A DNA stretch of 64,000 nucleotides, taken from NCBI GenBank assembly GCA_024998755.1, contig JACEUU010000003.1, positions 1,417,601 to 1,481,600 of the forward strand. The letters run 5' to 3'. The stretch's first letter is position 1. Each line of letters starts with the position of its first letter. Shown piece by piece: positions 10,696 through 19,980 of this stretch. A program made the position numbers and the translations under genes. This stretch comes from Vampirovibrio sp. Lineage in GTDB: Bacteria > Cyanobacteriota > Vampirovibrionia > Vampirovibrionales > JAJTHC01. The notes beneath the pieces were generated by a model. It saw nothing but the letters and a program-made list of their open reading frames with translations, ran no database searches and had not been told where the DNA came from.

Positions 10696-10727
10696 GGGAG
10701 GGCTTCATTAAAAGCCCTCCCTTTTTT
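10696..10727 (+). terminator. Rho-independent terminator
   Basis: GGGAGGGCTT-CATTA-AAAGCCCTCCC followed by a T-run, downstream of the SDR gene. Confidence 0.8.
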
Positions 10728-10835
10728 ACCCTTAAACTTTAGCAATTAAACTTTAATTTATATGGTAATTTAAAAACAATTACGCTTCAAAACAATAATG
10801 CGGAACACTTGGTAGCACTCGGCTTAGGGCTTCAT

Positions 10836-11035
10836 GGGGGGTGGTATTTGACCACCCCCCAAACCCCCCGCAAATTTAAGGGGGCTCCACGCCCCCTTAA
10901 AAATCCCCTCTCAAGGGCTGATTTGTTGGCTTCCACGTTAGAAAGAGGCTTGAGCGGAAGCTAGAGGCTCCCTAAATGCTCTGCTTCGCTACGCTCGCAC
11001 CAGCCTCTTCCCAACTAGGTATGATTTGAAGCTAA
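10836..11035 (+). repeat. Structured repeat, family 2 (copy 1)
   Basis: The 61-bp core 10946-11006 is identical to 35076-35136 and is preceded by G/C-run hairpins. Confidence 0.8.
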
Positions 11036-11100
11036 AACTATCAGCTTAAACTCAATAATAATAGGCTTTCCGCAGTTTGGTTGGGAAGCGTAAAAAACAA

Positions 11101-11370
11101 TATAGCGTAACAACTAACCAATAGGAACGACCATCGCCTTTGCTCTGCAGCGGCGATGCGTTCCGTCCACCGGAGGGGCAAAAAGAGCATCCCCCCGTCA
11201 ATGCCCTTCTGGTGGCATAGGCGGGTGTCTTTTTGGGGGTTCTTAGGGGTTTACCCCTAAGTTTGCGGGGGGTGTTCGTGGTGGGGCAACCCAACCGCAG
11301 TCCCCTGACAAACCAAACAGCGAAAGACGCAAACGACAATCGATGAGAGAACACACCATTCAATCTTCAA
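11101..11370 (-). mobile_element. Family-1 repeat (copy E), containing an empty IS110 target (CT core 11305-11306)
   Basis: Reverse-complement family-1 interior containing GCAGTCCCCTGACAAACC. Confidence 0.88.
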
Positions 11371-11377
11371 ATTCATC

Positions 11378-12718
11378 TTAGGCGTGAAAATGCTTCGCAC
11401 TACTGAAATGGTCTTTTACCTTATTGGTAAAATAGTGGTCTTCAGTGGGAATTGGGCTATTTTTCTTAACAGCGTCATTTTTTTGAACGGCTACTGCATT
11501 GGCTACTTTTTCTTGATGTCCTGCTTCTTTTAACAACCGTTTTTTTTCTTTTCTGGCGGTTAGCCATTTTGAAAAGACCACGGCGAAAATACCGGCATTG
11601 AGTGTTTTGGCTAAATCCCCGAAAACGTAGGCAATATTTTGCCGATAGTTGGTTGGTATTTCTGGGTATTTGTATTCTAACAAACTGAGCCCTGTAATCC
11701 AGATGGAGAAATATAGCATATTACCGCCAAACAGGGTGGCAAAATCTCTGGAAGCCAGCTCTAGGCGTTTTCTTTTGGCTTCTTCGGGGTCAAGGTGTTG
11801 GTCTTTGGTAACATATTGGTTCCACCGCAGGGCGGGTAATAGCAGAACGGCGGCGAAATAGCCTGAAAATTTCTGGGCTTTAGCCCAACCCGTGCCACCT
11901 GTATTGGCGTGGAAGTTTTCAACCCACTTGCTGGAAAAACTGGCGGTATTGATGGCTTGTCCACTACGTTGTTTCGTTGTTACGGTTGGGCTATTAAAGG
12001 GCACAATACTATTTTTAGTGGTTGTTTGTGTTGTGGTAGTTGGTTGAAGAGGAGGGGCAACGGGGTCATTTTTTGTTGATGTTCCTACAACGGGCTGAGG
12101 CAAATCTGAAGGGGGTGGTGTGGGTAGGTTTATGCCGGCGTTTCTTAACCATTGGGCTGGCTTTGTTCTTAATAATGAATGGCTAATGCGGTCTTGTACA
12201 GGTAAATTGGGGTTTACGGGGTGAACAAACATCTTGTCGGCCCATCTGCCAAACCACATGGCGGTGAATGCACCGTGGGCTAAGGCTGCGGCGTGCCCAA
12301 TGGCGTAGGCTAAAAAATCGCCTTTGTCTTTATTTATCCCTTTTTCCATAAACCATCCCATGTGGTTGAATAATTTATGGGTTAAAAATTGTGTTCCTAG
12401 AAAAATAGCGCCACCTACCAGTAAAGCCATTTCATCTCTGGCGAACAGTCCCCATTTTTCGTCTTTATCATCAATGGCAAGGTGCATAAAGGGTACGGCG
12501 GTGGGGGTAATCCATAGCATACGAGTTTCTAGAGTTTTGTGGTCTATTTCCCCAAATTTTCGCATTAGCGGATGGTTGAGAATACCCGGAAAATTACCGT
12601 TATTGCCTGCGGTAGCCCCTGAACGTTGTTGCATTCTTAGGGGTGCTACCAATGGCGTGGTTAACGGGTTATTTTGTTGTGCATTGTTGAAAATGTACAA
12701 GGGTAATAGCTTTTCCAA
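11378..12718 (-). CDS. Hypothetical multi-pass membrane protein
   Basis: 446-aa ORF with several hydrophobic helices and a Pro/Thr-rich linker. No recognised family. Confidence 0.65.
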   Translation of the reverse strand: MEKLLPLYIFNNAQQNNPLTTPLVAPLRMQQRSGATAGNNGNFPGILNHPLMRKFGEIDHKTLETRMLWITPTAVPFMHLAIDDKDEKWGLFARDEMALLVGGAIFLGTQFLTHKLFNHMGWFMEKGINKDKGDFLAYAIGHAAALAHGAFTAMWFGRWADKMFVHPVNPNLPVQDRISHSLLRTKPAQWLRNAGINLPTPPPSDLPQPVVGTSTKNDPVAPPLQPTTTTQTTTKNSIVPFNSPTVTTKQRSGQAINTASFSSKWVENFHANTGGTGWAKAQKFSGYFAAVLLLPALRWNQYVTKDQHLDPEEAKRKRLELASRDFATLFGGNMLYFSIWITGLSLLEYKYPEIPTNYRQNIAYVFGDLAKTLNAGIFAVVFSKWLTARKEKKRLLKEAGHQEKVANAVAVQKNDAVKKNSPIPTEDHYFTNKVKDHFSSAKHFHA

Positions 12719-13188
12719 TTGGTTAATGGTACAGGGAAGAGTGAAAGCTGTTGCTTAAACACATTAGGTTTAAAGGCTAGCTTAGTTACAGTAAACGCTA
12801 CACGAATGAAGCCTTCTGCAAGAAAAAAGATGTTAGTTTTTATGGGTAAAGTCTTGTTTTTTTAAAAAGACTTTTATACCTAAATGATAATAATTAAGAG
12901 AAGATAACGTTGTACTAACAACAGTAACAGTAGCAACAACAACGTGTTGTGTTAACGTAGCTTGAACCCCGCATCAACCCGAATGAGCCTAGCATTCGCA
13001 TTGAAAAGCTGACGATAATTTTTATTAAATTTGAAATGGGTGTTTTGGGTTTGCACACAGCCACGGAAAATGAAAGCCTTTAACTTTTACAAAACGGTAA
13101 GTAACCCTTTAAATCTAACAGAAATGCCTTCTGATTGCAACTGCCATTATAGCCGTTGCTTACTATCGGATACCCCTTCATCATTTCA

Positions 13189-13460
13189 TACCATTTCAAA
13201 GATTGAATGTCTTTCCTCCAGTAGGAACGACCATCGCGTTTGCTCTGCAGTCGTCGATGCGTTCCGTCCACCGAAGGGGCGAAAAAAGCATCCCTCCGTC
13301 AATGCCCGTAGTGGCATAGGAGGGTGTTTTTTCGGGGGTTTTTAGGGGCTTGCCCCTAAATTTGTGGGGGGTGTCGGGGGGCTGCCAAACCGCAGTCCCC
13401 TAACAAACCAACCAGCTAAAGCTAGGAACGACAATCGATGAGATAACACGTTATTCAAAG
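13189..13460 (-). mobile_element. Family-1 repeat (copy F)
   Basis: TACCATTTCAAAGATTGAATGTC TIR-like end plus the family-1 interior. Confidence 0.87.
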
Positions 13461-13472
13461 GCTTAACCGGTC

Positions 13473-14081
13473 TTAAGTGTTTTTCATACCAGCCATCCAC
13501 GGCTTGGCGGAATCTTTTAGCTTGGCGGTTTTAATGGTTTTAAATGCTTTTTGAATATCGCACCGCAGGGTGGTTATTCTGGCAGATTTGGTCATACCGT
13601 TTAATAGGTCTTGTTCAATTTCGGCTTTGGTTTTACCTGCTTTTGCCACTATATTTTCCGGATGTTCTAGCTGCTCAAGAATTTGACTGGCTACTTCTAA
13701 TTGCTTCAGGGTTAAGCGTTCTGAAAGTTCCGCAGGTATTGTTGCTTTTAGCGCTTTAAAGGCTTTTTCGGCTTCTGTTAATTTACCTTCACTCAGCTGA
13801 ACCACGGCTAAATTAAAGGCTAAAGCGGTATTTTCAGGCATTAATGTTTTAGCGGAAGACAATAATTTATCGGCTTCATCTAGCTTATTGGCTTCAATGG
13901 CGGCTTGGGCTTTTTTGTTTAACTCTTCAACGGCTTTCCCCATGGGGTTAAACGCTTGTTTAGGGTCAGGGGCGGTACAGCCAGTTAAGCTGGTACTTAA
14001 TATAGCAATGCCTACACAGTAGGCTACAACAGCTACAACAAGAGCTAAAGGCATTAATTTCGTGTTTGATGATAATGACAT
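13473..14081 (-). CDS. Predicted lipoprotein with a TPR-like repeat
   Basis: Hydrophobic N-terminus ending in a SLTGC lipobox, then A..LL..A..L.P.N..L.FNLA..L..G...EA TPR pattern. Confidence 0.65.
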   Translation of the reverse strand: MSLSSNTKLMPLALVVAVVAYCVGIAILSTSLTGCTAPDPKQAFNPMGKAVEELNKKAQAAIEANKLDEADKLLSSAKTLMPENTALAFNLAVVQLSEGKLTEAEKAFKALKATIPAELSERLTLKQLEVASQILEQLEHPENIVAKAGKTKAEIEQDLLNGMTKSARITTLRCDIQKAFKTIKTAKLKDSAKPWMAGMKNT

Positions 14082-14114
14082 GGTTTTTTCTTTCCACTGT
14101 GTGATAGTTAATCG

Positions 14115-14762
14115 TTAAACGAAGGAAGGTACTTTGGGGGCGATTGTGGGTAACCAGCGTTGTAACACTTGGGCGTATAGTTGATGTTCTTGTTCTAACA
14201 CTCGTTGGGCTAATGTTTCCGTGGTATCTGTAGGCAGAACAGGTACTTGGGTTTGCCCAAGTACGTCGCCTTCATCCACATTGGCGGTTACCAAGTGGAC
14301 TGTACAGCCGGTGTGGCTTTCTTGGTTGGCTAGCACGGCTTCATGAACGTGGTTGCCGTACATCCCTTTACCCCCATAGGCGGGTAACAAACTGGGGTGA
14401 ATATTCACAATGCTACCTTCGTAGGCCGTCAATACGTCGCCTTTAAAAATCCTCAGAAAACCAGCTAGCACCACAACATCAATAGCGTGTTCTTCCAAGG
14501 CGTTTAATAGCACGGCTTCAAAGTCAACTTCTAGTTGCTTGCACATGGCGGGGCTAACTACTAAGGTTTTTAACCCTTGAGAAAATGCCCATTCAAGCCC
14601 TTTGGCGTTGGCTTTATCACTAACTACTAAGGATATTTCGGTATCGGTTAACAACCCATTTTCTATGGCGTTATAAAGGGCTTTTAAATTGCTGCCCCCA
14701 CCGGAAATTAAAACGGCTAGGGTTTTCTTTTTTGCATGAACGAAGGTTGGCATCATCATCAT
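14115..14762 (-). CDS. purN: Phosphoribosylglycinamide formyltransferase
   Basis: LISGGGSNL, NIHPSLLP.YGG, TGCTVH.V...VD.G and E..LY motifs. Confidence 0.97.
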   Translation of the reverse strand: MMMMPTFVHAKKKTLAVLISGGGSNLKALYNAIENGLLTDTEISLVVSDKANAKGLEWAFSQGLKTLVVSPAMCKQLEVDFEAVLLNALEEHAIDVVVLAGFLRIFKGDVLTAYEGSIVNIHPSLLPAYGGKGMYGNHVHEAVLANQESHTGCTVHLVTANVDEGDVLGQTQVPVLPTDTTETLAQRVLEQEHQLYAQVLQRWLPTIAPKVPSFV

Positions 14763-15913
14763 TACGTTACGATTCCTGTTTCAGTTGAAAGGTCAAATAC
14801 AACAGGGTCTTGGCTTGGAAAATTCACATCCAGTGATGCTAAACGCCCTATTTCAAACACGTTAAAGGCTTGCGGATATTGGTCTTTCAGCCACTGCTGA
14901 ACAGTTTTAGCTTGGGCTGGGTCTACCAATACCACAAAGCCAATGCCACAGTTGAAGGTATTAAGCATGGTTTCCATACTATACCCCCCTAATTGCTGAA
15001 TATATTGAATAACTGGCGACCAATCCCATGCTTGAGGCTTTACAACGGCTTGCAAATGGGGGGGAATCACTCTGGGTAAATTATCTTGAAACCCGCCGCC
15101 TGTAATGTGCACCATGGCTTTTACTGCGTTGGGGAAGGCTTCTAGTAAGGCTAAAACAGGTTGAACATAAATAATGGTGGGTGCTAATAAGGCTTCCGCA
15201 ATTGAAATAGACTCATCGGTTGGTAGCGGTACATTCCAATTGGTTATGGCATTATCTTGCAAAGTTTTACGCACTAGGCTATACCCGTTGGAATGGAAGC
15301 CTGAACTACTTAGGCCTAGCATGATGTCGCCTGCTGCCAACCTCTCTGTTTTGGGTAGAACGTTATTTTTTTCCACCACGCCCACGGCGAATCCGGCTAA
15401 ATCATACTGGTTGGGCTGATAAAAATTGGGCATTTCGGCGGTTTCTCCGCCAACTAAGGCACACCCTGCTTGTTCACAGCCTGTAGCAACACTGTCTAAA
15501 ATGGATTCAAACACATCGGGTCGAATTTTATCAGTCGCCAAATAATCCAAAAATACCAGTGGCTTACCGCCTTGCACAAGAATATCGTTGACGCTCATGG
15601 CGACTAAATCAACGCCAATCGTCCCGTGGATGCCGGCTTGTTGAGCTACTTCTAGCTTGGTGCCAACGCCGTCGGTTGCTACTAATAAAATGGGTTCTTC
15701 GTAGCCTTTGGGTATACTAAAAGCCCCGCAAAAACCGCCGATACCCCCTAGTAGCGGGGTTGATGAGGCTTTTTGGGTGCGTTGGCTGGCTTTTTTGGCG
15801 ATGGGCACAATGGCTTTGGCTTGGTGTAAATCCACCCCAGCTTGCCGATACGCTTCATCGGGAGCGGTTACGGGTTGTTGAAGGGTTACTGACTGGGGTT
15901 GTGTTATTGTCAT
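14762..15913 (-). CDS. purM: Phosphoribosylformylglycinamidine cyclo-ligase (AIR synthetase)
   Basis: Y..AGVD, GGIGGF, TDGVGTKL, GGETAEMP, SSGFHSNGYSL, HITGGG, TFNCGIG. Confidence 0.97.
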   Translation of the reverse strand: MTITQPQSVTLQQPVTAPDEAYRQAGVDLHQAKAIVPIAKKASQRTQKASSTPLLGGIGGFCGAFSIPKGYEEPILLVATDGVGTKLEVAQQAGIHGTIGVDLVAMSVNDILVQGGKPLVFLDYLATDKIRPDVFESILDSVATGCEQAGCALVGGETAEMPNFYQPNQYDLAGFAVGVVEKNNVLPKTERLAAGDIMLGLSSSGFHSNGYSLVRKTLQDNAITNWNVPLPTDESISIAEALLAPTIIYVQPVLALLEAFPNAVKAMVHITGGGFQDNLPRVIPPHLQAVVKPQAWDWSPVIQYIQQLGGYSMETMLNTFNCGIGFVVLVDPAQAKTVQQWLKDQYPQAFNVFEIGRLASLDVNFPSQDPVVFDLSTETGIVT

Positions 15914-15979
15914 TATGTTTTAAACCAACTATCTTTCTTTAGAATAAGGTTAGGCATTTGTCCGTTAGGCTTTAAGTAT

Positions 15980-16039
15980 ATCAAAAAGTGGTTTAATAAA
16001 GAAGTTTGACACTACTTTTTATTAAACCACTTTTTTGAT
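15980..16039. terminator. Long inverted repeat, probable terminator
   Basis: ATCAAAAAGTGGTTTAATAAA ... TTTATTAAACCACTTTTTTGAT, just after the stop of the 16070-16729 gene. Confidence 0.6.
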
Positions 16040-16069
16040 TAATTGTATAGCTTTGAGAAGGTTTCTAGC

Positions 16070-16729
16070 CTACGCTGTAAACGCTGGTATTGCAGAAGTA
16101 GCCATCATAGCAGGTTGCTGAACAGTAGCAGTAGCTACGGGCAAGCCGGTCATAGGGTCAATGGCGGGTGGTACTAAGCTACCATCAATCACGGGTGCTG
16201 AAGCAATTACTTGCGGTTGCATCCCTGCAGCAAGCGTGGCATCGGGTTGAGGTTCTGCTGGGGTAGCTGGCTTTTTCTTTAGCAAATCTTTAATTAAATT
16301 GCCGCCGAAGGGGGCTAACAGGGTTGCACCAACCCCTAAACCGCCACCTAGTAACAATTTAGGTAATTCTTTCCAATACTCCCCTTTTTCACCTTTGGTA
16401 GCAAAGGCTAATACACCAGCTGCTATTACCAAGCTAACTACGGCAACTGCACCGGCAATGGGGTCGAAACCAGATTTAGGTGGGGCAGCATCGGCAGCTG
16501 TAGCATCGGTTGGCAATGCGTTAGGGTCTACTAGCATACCCACTGTAGGGGTGGTTGCTGGCACTAAGGTGGCAGGAGTAAAAGCATCTGTTGGGGTTGT
16601 TGGTAGAGGGGCGTATTGTGCGGTGGCGGGGGCTTGTAAATCTGCACCGGCACGGGCTTCTGACTGTTTTTTAGCAACTGTGGCTTGTGAGGCGGGTGTT
16701 GTAGTAGCGGAAAGAGAGACAGACATCAT
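16070..16729 (-). CDS. Hypothetical Ala/Pro/Thr-rich protein with two TM helices
   Basis: 219-aa ORF with two Gly/Ala-rich hydrophobic segments and low-complexity flanks. Confidence 0.65.
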   Translation of the reverse strand: MMSVSLSATTTPASQATVAKKQSEARAGADLQAPATAQYAPLPTTPTDAFTPATLVPATTPTVGMLVDPNALPTDATAADAAPPKSGFDPIAGAVAVVSLVIAAGVLAFATKGEKGEYWKELPKLLLGGGLGVGATLLAPFGGNLIKDLLKKKPATPAEPQPDATLAAGMQPQVIASAPVIDGSLVPPAIDPMTGLPVATATVQQPAMMATSAIPAFTA

Positions 16730-17410
16730 TGTTAGTATTATCCTTTATTATAGTAACTGTAATTTAAATTAAACACACATATATAGAACAAAAAAGAAGT
16801 GAGACCGGATCATTATATCAATCATTTTTTTTCAGAATGGGTTAGCCTGATAGTTTGGGAGGAACGAGGAAAAGAAAAGAGAATAAGGAGACCTTCAGTG
16901 CGTGATACCGTAGTAACTAATGGTAATAAACCGCATCACGTTTATTTTGTGCTAGTAGAGGAAAGAACTTATTTTTTGAAAAGGGCCTACGTATTCATTT
17001 AATAATTAGCACGAGTAACTTTTTAAAGTACATTCAATTGTATAAAAAACCCCGCAAAAAAACAAATGCTAGTTTTTTTAACTCTTTTTATTGCCCACCC
17101 TGATGCGTTGTTTTGCTTTGAATGGGTAGGGGCTTTTAAAAAGACTTCAAGTTCTTTATTAAGGCGGTTTCAATTGTTGGCGTGAAATTATATTGCTCAA
17201 ACATCGTAAATTTTAGAAGCCAACACCACAGGGTTTCAAGTAACCACCCATACTGTAAAATCCCCAAAGCACCGTAAAAAAAGCGATGTTCGCCCGTATC
17301 ACACAAAAGGTAGAACCCAGTTTAGCCGATATGCTTAAAAAAATGGCTGGGTTTGTGGTCTAATAATAAAATACCCTTCTTTACCCTAATTGAAAATTTT
17401 GCCACACCTT

Positions 17411-17821
17411 ATGAAAAAACCGACAAAAAACACCCACCCCACCACCATAGAAGCCTTGGCTAAAACGATGGTTGCCACCACGGCGGCTACCGAAAAATTT
17501 CAGGCGGTGGTTTACACCTTGCGTAAATCGTTGGGGTTAAATTCTTCGGTGAAAGACAAAGCCGTTGATGCGAACTGGACTAACCAATTGCTGGGCTTGT
17601 TACGGCTGATTGAAGGGGTGGAATCTACCAAAAATTCAGCAGAAATACGGTTGGCTTACCAACAGCGGTTGTTGGGTAGCCCGAATGAATCCCGCAGTGG
17701 CGAACTGTTTGAATTTCGGGAAAATTATAAGTTGTTTCTTCGGCAATCGGCTCGAGATATTCCTCGGGATTTAGAGAAATTTTTTGATGCCTTGCAGGAA
17801 GCCATTGAACAAGCCGTTTAG
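17411..17821 (+). CDS. Hypothetical protein
   Basis: Open frame 17390-17821, most likely starting at ATG 17411. No recognised motif. Confidence 0.55.
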   Translation: MKKPTKNTHPTTIEALAKTMVATTAATEKFQAVVYTLRKSLGLNSSVKDKAVDANWTNQLLGLLRLIEGVESTKNSAEIRLAYQQRLLGSPNESRSGELFEFRENYKLFLRQSARDIPRDLEKFFDALQEAIEQAV

Positions 17822-17832
17822 TGCTTCGCTTA

Positions 17833-17955
17833 TACGAATCAAAAGTTTAAATAGCGTGTTGGCTTTACAGCATGGGCGGGCGACCACAAGGGTTCGCCCC
17901 TACAGGCTCAATGATTTTTTAAAATACTATACGACATTTAATCTTTGAATGGGTA
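17833..17955. mobile_element. MITE with family-1-type TIRs carrying a single REP-like palindrome
   Basis: TACGAATCAAAAGTTTAAATAGCGT ... GGGCGGGCGACCACAAGGGTTCGCCCCTAC ... ACGACATTTAATCTTTGAATGGGTA. Confidence 0.75.
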
Positions 17956-18007
17956 TAAGAAAGAGTCGAAAATCATTTAAACATTATCCAAAAGCATTAC
18001 ATAAAAA

Positions 18008-18045
18008 CAATGCCCTACGTAATCGTAAGAAGACGTAGGGCATTG
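18008..18045. terminator. Terminator-like hairpin downstream of the RRM gene
   Basis: CAATGCCCTACGT-12 nt-ACGTAGGGCATTG. Confidence 0.7.
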
Positions 18046-18184
18046 AATAATAGCAACAATTTTTTAGAAATATAACACTCTATCGTCAGCCTTCAAACCC
18101 AAAGTTTTGAGAAAGTAGTAAGACATTAGAAGTTATCAACATTCCTAGCAAAAGTGACTGATAAGCTTCAAGGTGTTTGAAGGC

Positions 18185-18538
18185 TTAGTAGCGTGCACCG
18201 CCACCGCCGCCATAACCACCGCCACCATCACGACGAGGTGGACGACCGGCACCGCCGCCGCCTGGTCCGCCTGGGGCACGACCTTGCTCGCGGTTAGGGT
18301 CTTGAAACATTACAACCACTTCGCGGCCAGCAACAGCAACACCGTTGAATTGGTCAATAGCAGCTTGTGCTTGCTCAGGGGTACCCATTTCAACAAATGC
18401 AAAACCACGAGGTTTACCATCTTCACGACGACGAGGAATGCGAACATCCACCACTTCGCCTACAGAAGTAAATAGGTCAACCAATTGGTCTTCGGTTACA
18501 GACCAGCTAAGGCTGGCGATAAAGAGCTTTTTGTTCAT
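18185..18538 (-). CDS. RNA-binding protein with a single RRM and Gly-rich tail (cyanobacterial Rbp-like)
   Basis: RNP2 KLFIASL, RNP1 RGFAFVEM, C-terminal GGGY repeats. Confidence 0.93.
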   Translation of the reverse strand: MNKKLFIASLSWSVTEDQLVDLFTSVGEVVDVRIPRRREDGKPRGFAFVEMGTPEQAQAAIDQFNGVAVAGREVVVMFQDPNREQGRAPGGPGGGGAGRPPRRDGGGGYGGGGGARY

Positions 18539-18821
18539 AGAAGTTAGAATCTCATTTCATTAAAAGAACAGTTTTGTTTGAATGTTTACCCGAAACAGTC
18601 GCTCCAAGTTAAAGCACCCAAACACATTCAAAGGAAAAACAGATTAGCTATTTAATAAAAACGTATTTTTATTAAATTAGCCTACCTGTTTAGTTTTAAA
18701 AACAGAAAGACGAATCAAACTATTTTCTTAACTGTAATACATTATGGCACAGGTTACGAAAAAAACCTACTTTTTCTTTTTAAAAGCCGTAAAATTAGGC
18801 TATACAGTCTATAAAATGGTT

Positions 18822-19265
18822 TTATTGATGCTTTTTTTGAGCCTGATGCCGTGCTTGATGATGAGCGGAAATTACTTTTTCCACGGTGCGAAGGGAATGG
18901 TGTAAAATAACATCTTCTTCCCGAATTTTTAAAAATTCTGCTTCTAGGGCATCTAGTTCAGCATCAGAAAGGGCTTGGAGTTCAATAATGGAATCTCTCG
19001 CACCTTTGTGGGCTCGGATAATTTCGTCTAGTTTTAGCCCTGTTACCCGTGCGTCTCTGTTTTGGGTGTTTTGAATTAAAAACACCATTAAAAAGGTAAT
19101 AATGGTGGTACTGGTATTAATCACTAATTGCCAAGTATCTGAAAAATTGAACAATTTGCCTACGCTTGCCCAAGCAACAATAACCAAAACGGCGGTTAAA
19201 AAAGCGAAGGGAGACCCCATGGCTTCTGAAACCTTGTGGGAAAATAGTCTGAAAAATTCACGCAT
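18822..19265 (-). CDS. Low-affinity iron permease family (Fet4-like) membrane protein
   Basis: GSP.AF, WQLVINT.TTIITFLMVFLIQNTQNRD and KLDE.IRA motifs. Confidence 0.88.
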   Translation of the reverse strand: MREFFRLFSHKVSEAMGSPFAFLTAVLVIVAWASVGKLFNFSDTWQLVINTSTTIITFLMVFLIQNTQNRDARVTGLKLDEIIRAHKGARDSIIELQALSDAELDALEAEFLKIREEDVILHHSLRTVEKVISAHHQARHQAQKKHQ

Positions 19266-19503
19266 TGTAAAAGCCTTTTTTAGGTAGATAAACCCTTGAT
19301 ATGGTTGTAATATTACCTAGAGTAGGTTATTTTCACTCTTGATGCAAGTCGTCTTTGTAATAGACACGTTTTAAACCATAGGTATTAAACAGTCCATTTG
19401 GTGGTGTTAATCTAAGCCAAAGTAACGTAATTCCAGCTTCTAGTTCAGGTTTTTCAATTAGAGCGTAATACCAATTTCAAATAGAAATATCGTCAGCGTC
19501 TAA

Positions 19504-19786
19504 TACCCATTAAACGATTAAATAGCGTGTGCTAAAATCGATTGTCATTTACGTCTTTAGCTGGTTGGTTTGTCAGGGGACTGCGGTTTGGCAGCCCCCC
19601 GACACCCCCCTCAAATTCAGGGGCAAGCCCCTAAAAACCCCCGAAAAAACACCCCCTATGCCACTACGGGCACTGACGGGGGATGCTTTTTTCGCCCCTT
19701 CGGTGGACGGAACGCATCGACGACTGCAGAGCAAACACGATGGTCGTTCCTACTGGTTGGTACGCTATTTAATCCTTTAGTAGGTA
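19504..19786 (+). mobile_element. Family-1 repeat (copy G), containing an empty IS110 target on the minus strand (core 19575-19576)
   Basis: TACCCATTAAACGATTAAATAGCGT / ACGCTATTTAATCCTTTAGTAGGTA TIRs, with a TTTGTCAGGGGACTGC hairpin. Confidence 0.9.
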
Positions 19787-19923
19787 TAAGTTGTTACCGT
19801 CAAGCAAAAAATCCTCAATGGTCGTCTGTGTACGCCTGCGGTTTTTTGCTTAACAGTGCCTAGTATCCATCTAACACTATTCCTATTTTAAAATGGTATA
19901 AGCTCTAAAACCATGCAAAATTA

Positions 19924-19957
19924 AAAGCCCCTTTGAAGAAACCTTCAAAGGGGCTTT
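19924..19957. terminator. prs terminator
   Basis: AAAGCCCCTTTGAAG-AAAC-CTTCAAAGGGGCTTT. Confidence 0.75.
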
Positions 19958-19980
19958 GGTTATGAAACTAAGAATCGAAC

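Noticed and set aside
12900-13030. AAC/AGT-rich low-complexity tract with small hairpins, considered as an ncRNA
   Set aside because: No recognisable family motif or convincing extended structure.
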